From an uncultured Acidobacteriota bacterium (lineage in GTDB: Bacteria > Acidobacteriota > Vicinamibacteria > Vicinamibacterales > UBA8438), in the NCBI GenBank assembly GCA_913043225.1, contig CAJWLU010000002.1:96001-160000 (forward strand): a DNA stretch of 64,000 nucleotides, given 5' to 3'. Positions 61,040 through 64,000 of the stretch are shown one piece after another (position 1 is the stretch's first letter; every line of letters begins with the position of its first letter). The notes under the pieces were generated by a model that was not told where the DNA came from, searched no databases, and was given only the letters and a program-made list of their open reading frames with translations. A program made the position numbers and the translations under genes.

Positions 61040-61893
61040 CGGAGCCATGCCTCCAACTCGGTGCGGGTGTCCGTCTTGTCGTCCCGATACTTGACGATGA
61101 CCGGGGTTGCCAGGGCCAGCCCCCAGTCGCGGCCGGCTTCGGCTGTAACCTGACGTGTGCCCGGCACGACGACCGCGCCCTCGGGCACGACGAGTGGGTA
61201 GCCGGGTTGGGGACGGATTACCGTCTCGTTCGGCAGATCGTACACGGCGGTCGAACCGGTTAGTACAGTGCCGGCACCGATGACGGCTCCGCGCTTCACG
61301 ATTGCGCCTTCGTAGATCCCGGTACTTCCGCCGACTAGCGCATCGTCTTCGATGATGACCGGCATGGCGCCTACCGGTTCCAGCACCCCGCCGATCTGCG
61401 CGCCGGCGCTCACATGGACCCGTTCGCCCACCTGGGCACACGACCCAACCAGCGCGTGAGAGTCGATCAGGCTGTCTCGACCTACCCATGCGCCGATATT
61501 GATGAACATCGGCGGCATGCAAATCACCCCGGGGCCGACGTAGGCGCCGTCCCGGATCGATGATCCCCCGGGCACGATCCTGACGCCAGAGTCGGTGCCG
61601 AGCGGCTTGAGTGGCAACGTGTCTTTGTCGAGAAACGGCACGTTGGCATCGGGGGCTGCGAATGTGTCGATGTCGCCACAGCGGAAGCCCACCAGGATGC
61701 CCTGTTTGACCCAGGCGTTGACCCGCCAGCCCGAGGGGGTTTCGGAGTCGGGGTGGGCTGCGCGCACGCTGCCACCGGACAGGGCGGCGCGGAATTCGGC
61801 GAACACTTGCCGGGCCTCGGAACGATCGGCGTCGGCGCCCGCCGTGGCCAGGCGTTCGATCGAAGTTTTCAGCGACGTGACGTCAGAGTTCAC
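61036..61893 (-). CDS. dapD: Tetrahydrodipicolinate N-succinyltransferase
   Basis: W.VN.WVKQGIL, VRIVPGG, VGSCAQVG, IGGVLEP, IVKYRD. Confidence 0.95.
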   Translation of the reverse strand: MNSDVTSLKTSIERLATAGADADRSEARQVFAEFRAALSGGSVRAAHPDSETPSGWRVNAWVKQGILVGFRCGDIDTFAAPDANVPFLDKDTLPLKPLGTDSGVRIVPGGSSIRDGAYVGPGVICMPPMFINIGAWVGRDSLIDSHALVGSCAQVGERVHVSAGAQIGGVLEPVGAMPVIIEDDALVGGSTGIYEGAIVKRGAVIGAGTVLTGSTAVYDLPNETVIRPQPGYPLVVPEGAVVVPGTRQVTAEAGRDWGLALATPVIVKYRDDKTDTRTELEAWLR

Positions 61894-61924
61894 AACGTTC
61901 TCCGTGGTGTGGATCCCCTGGGCT

Positions 61925-62812
61925 TCAGCGGGAGAGCCCGAGAGTTTCGAGGATGCCGACGATCTTGGCCAGCGACTCTGGTCGAGGCGGAAGCATCGGC
62001 AACCGGTAGTGAAGGTCGAGTAGGCCGAGGTGGGCCATGGCGGCCTTTACCGGAATCGGATTGCTTTCGACGAAGTTGACCTGCATCAGTGGCAGAAGTC
62101 GATCGTGGATGGACCGGGCGCGGTCGAGTGCGCCATCGCGCGCCGTCTCGACGAGCTGGGCCATCGCGGCCGGCACCTCGTTGGAGGCCACCGAGATCAC
62201 ACCGACTCCGCCCACCGACATGAGAGGCAGCGTGAACAGGTCGTCGCCAGACAGCACGCTGAAACCGTCGGGTGTGGCGTGACATACCTCGCACATCTGG
62301 GTGAGGTTGGCGGAGGCTTCCTTCACGCCAACGATCGTGGGCAATTCGGCCAGTCGACACAGTGTGTCGACGTCAACGTTGCACCCCGTGCGTCCGGGCA
62401 CGTTGTAGACCACGATGGGCAGACCCGTGGCCTCGGTGAGTGCGCGGTAGTGGGCGTAGAGGCCTTCAGGGGTGGGACGGTTGTAGTAGGGCGTGACCGA
62501 CAATAGTCCGTCGGCACCTGCGCGCTCCATCTCGGCGGCCGTCTTGGCCACCGACCTCGTATCGTAGCCTCCCGCGCCTGCGAGGACCGGTACCCGGCCG
62601 CTGGCTGTTTCCACCACTGCTTCCACGACCTGCTGCTGCTCGTGGCGAGACAGCGTTGGTGACTCACCGGTGGTCCCGCAGGGACAGAGGAAGTGCACGC
62701 CTCCGTCAATCTGCCGCGCCGCTAGTCGACGGACCGCTGCCTCGTCCACCGCGCCCTCGGCGGTGAAAGGGGTGACGAGCGCCGTGCCGCATCCTTCGAA
62801 GGTGGCTGGCAT
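61925..62812 (-). CDS. dapA: 4-hydroxy-tetrahydrodipicolinate synthase
   Basis: TALVTPF, GTTGES, PYYNRP, YNVPGRTG, KEAS, SGDD, NPIPVK. Confidence 0.97.
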   Translation of the reverse strand: MPATFEGCGTALVTPFTAEGAVDEAAVRRLAARQIDGGVHFLCPCGTTGESPTLSRHEQQQVVEAVVETASGRVPVLAGAGGYDTRSVAKTAAEMERAGADGLLSVTPYYNRPTPEGLYAHYRALTEATGLPIVVYNVPGRTGCNVDVDTLCRLAELPTIVGVKEASANLTQMCEVCHATPDGFSVLSGDDLFTLPLMSVGGVGVISVASNEVPAAMAQLVETARDGALDRARSIHDRLLPLMQVNFVESNPIPVKAAMAHLGLLDLHYRLPMLPPRPESLAKIVGILETLGLSR

Positions 62813-62814
62813 CG

Positions 62815-63507
62815 TCAGCCGAGTCCCAGGACGTCCCGCATGGTGAACCATCCCCGACGGCCATGCACCCAGCGAGCTGCTTCGAGGGCGCCCCGCGCGA
62901 AGGTGGCCCGATCACGCGTGGTGTGGGTCAGTGCGATGGTCTCTTCCGGTCCATCGAACCCGACGGTGTGGGTGCCTGGGGCGGAACCAACGCGGGTCGA
63001 GGCCATGTCGACGTCGCGGTCGAACCTGCCTGCTTCCATCGCGCTCTGCATGGCGAACGCTGTCCCCGAGGGGGCATCGATTTTGGCGCTGTGGTGAACC
63101 TCGTGGATCCAGGCCCCGAAATCCTCGTGTGGCCGGAACAGTTGCGCCGCCCGTTCGGTGAGCGCCAGGAACAGGTTCACCCCAAGCGAGAAGTTTGCCG
63201 CCGCGACGACGCCGATGTTCGCGGCCACCGCGATCTGTTTCAGTGCCTCTTCCTCGTCCTGCCAGCCGGTGGTACCGACTACCAGATTGACCTTGTGCTC
63301 GGCCAGCCGCGGCAGGTTGTCAGATATGGCGGCCGCCGTAGAGAAGTCGATGGCCACATCGACGTCCCGCATCGCCTCGGCGGTGATGCCGGCGCCGCCG
63401 GCGTTATTGTCGATGTCGAGCCGGTTGGCCACTTCGAACCCGTAGGCCTCGGCAAGCTGGTCCACGAGCTTGCCCATCCTACCGTAGCCGATAATTACGA
63501 GTCGCAT
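62815..63507 (-). CDS. dapB: 4-hydroxy-tetrahydrodipicolinate reductase
   Basis: GYGRMG, DFS, GTTG, NFSLGV, EVHH..K.DAPSGTA. Confidence 0.96.
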   Translation of the reverse strand: MRLVIIGYGRMGKLVDQLAEAYGFEVANRLDIDNNAGGAGITAEAMRDVDVAIDFSTAAAISDNLPRLAEHKVNLVVGTTGWQDEEEALKQIAVAANIGVVAAANFSLGVNLFLALTERAAQLFRPHEDFGAWIHEVHHSAKIDAPSGTAFAMQSAMEAGRFDRDVDMASTRVGSAPGTHTVGFDGPEETIALTHTTRDRATFARGALEAARWVHGRRGWFTMRDVLGLG

Positions 63508-63510
63508 GGC

Positions 63511-63960
63511 CTAGCCGTCCGTCGCCTTGTAGGTGCGGATCACCTTGCGGATGACCGCGACCGCCTTCTTCGCGTCGGACTCGCTTGCGAACGTCAGCGT
63601 CGACGAGAACTGGTTGCTCACCACGCCGGCTTCGTGGTCGATTACCTCGATGCCGGCCCAGGCCACCGCATTGGCCACGGCATAAGCGAATCCGGGCCGA
63701 TTTTCGCCCTGGAGCAGGAGGGTGATGGCCTTGGTTAAGCTGAATCCGGCCGCCTGCGCCACGATCGAGGCACGCTGGCCTTCCCCCGCATAGACCTCGA
63801 CGACGTTGCGCCTACCGCGTCCACCTCCAGCCTCGCGCACACGCACTACCTTCAGGTCGGCCCCGTGGTGAGCCAGCGGCTCCAGCGCCTGTGCGAGCGC
63901 GCCCGGCCGACGTAGGACCTCGGTCCGCCAGAGTCGAATCTGCTTGATCCTGATGTTCAT
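63511..63960 (-). CDS. Stand-alone tandem ACT-like domain protein
   Basis: Two ACT starts: RRPGALAQALEPLA..GADL and NRPGFAYAVANAVA.AGI. Confidence 0.7.
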   Translation of the reverse strand: MNIRIKQIRLWRTEVLRRPGALAQALEPLAHHGADLKVVRVREAGGGRGRRNVVEVYAGEGQRASIVAQAAGFSLTKAITLLLQGENRPGFAYAVANAVAWAGIEVIDHEAGVVSNQFSSTLTFASESDAKKAVAVIRKVIRTYKATDG

Positions 63961-64000
63961 GTGTCCGGGACGTCGTCGGAGTGGCTGATTATACTTCGGA

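Noticed and set aside
61040..61522. 495-aa version of the M20 hydrolase
   Set aside because: The extra N-terminus is an Arg-rich off-frame read of dapD; GTG 61039 is coupled to the dapD stop

Overview
High-GC (roughly 65% by eye) bacterial chromosomal segment. Gene content (VWA, carboxypeptidase-regulatory/TPR, PEGA proteins, HpnE) suggests Acidobacteriota, probably Vicinamibacteria; this is inference, not a database result. Housekeeping backbone: hpnE (partial), thiI, def, double-domain thyX, a fadR-fadN-fadA-fadE beta-oxidation operon with a clear operator, a beta-lactamase-like/NamZ fusion, cyoE, tRNA-Glu(CTC), ggt, a SahR-like regulator with metH, tag, and a dapB-dapA-dapD-dapE-like operon. 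Three accessory patches interrupt it. (1) 7.6-15 kb: eroded glycan-modification genes, including an intact pair resembling the Campylobacter phosphoramidate enzymes Cj1418 (glutamine kinase) and Cj1415 (cytidine diphosphoramidate kinase), plus two DegT aminotransferases. (2) 34.4-39.9 kb, next to the tRNA: a metal-homeostasis cluster headed by a small exported CxxC...RGPP peptide that looks like a ribosome-arrest metal sensor. (3) 51.4-57.2 kb: a transmembrane Ser/Thr kinase with eight unusual helical repeats, a beta-barrel-like protein and a repeat lipoprotein. Many genes look leaderless (-10 hexamer 6-8 nt before the start codon). Several short pseudogene scars, including an Fpg/Nei gene reduced to its two ends, point to deletion-driven erosion. 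No CRISPR, rRNA, integrase or transposase was seen. All family calls come from motif recognition, not searches.
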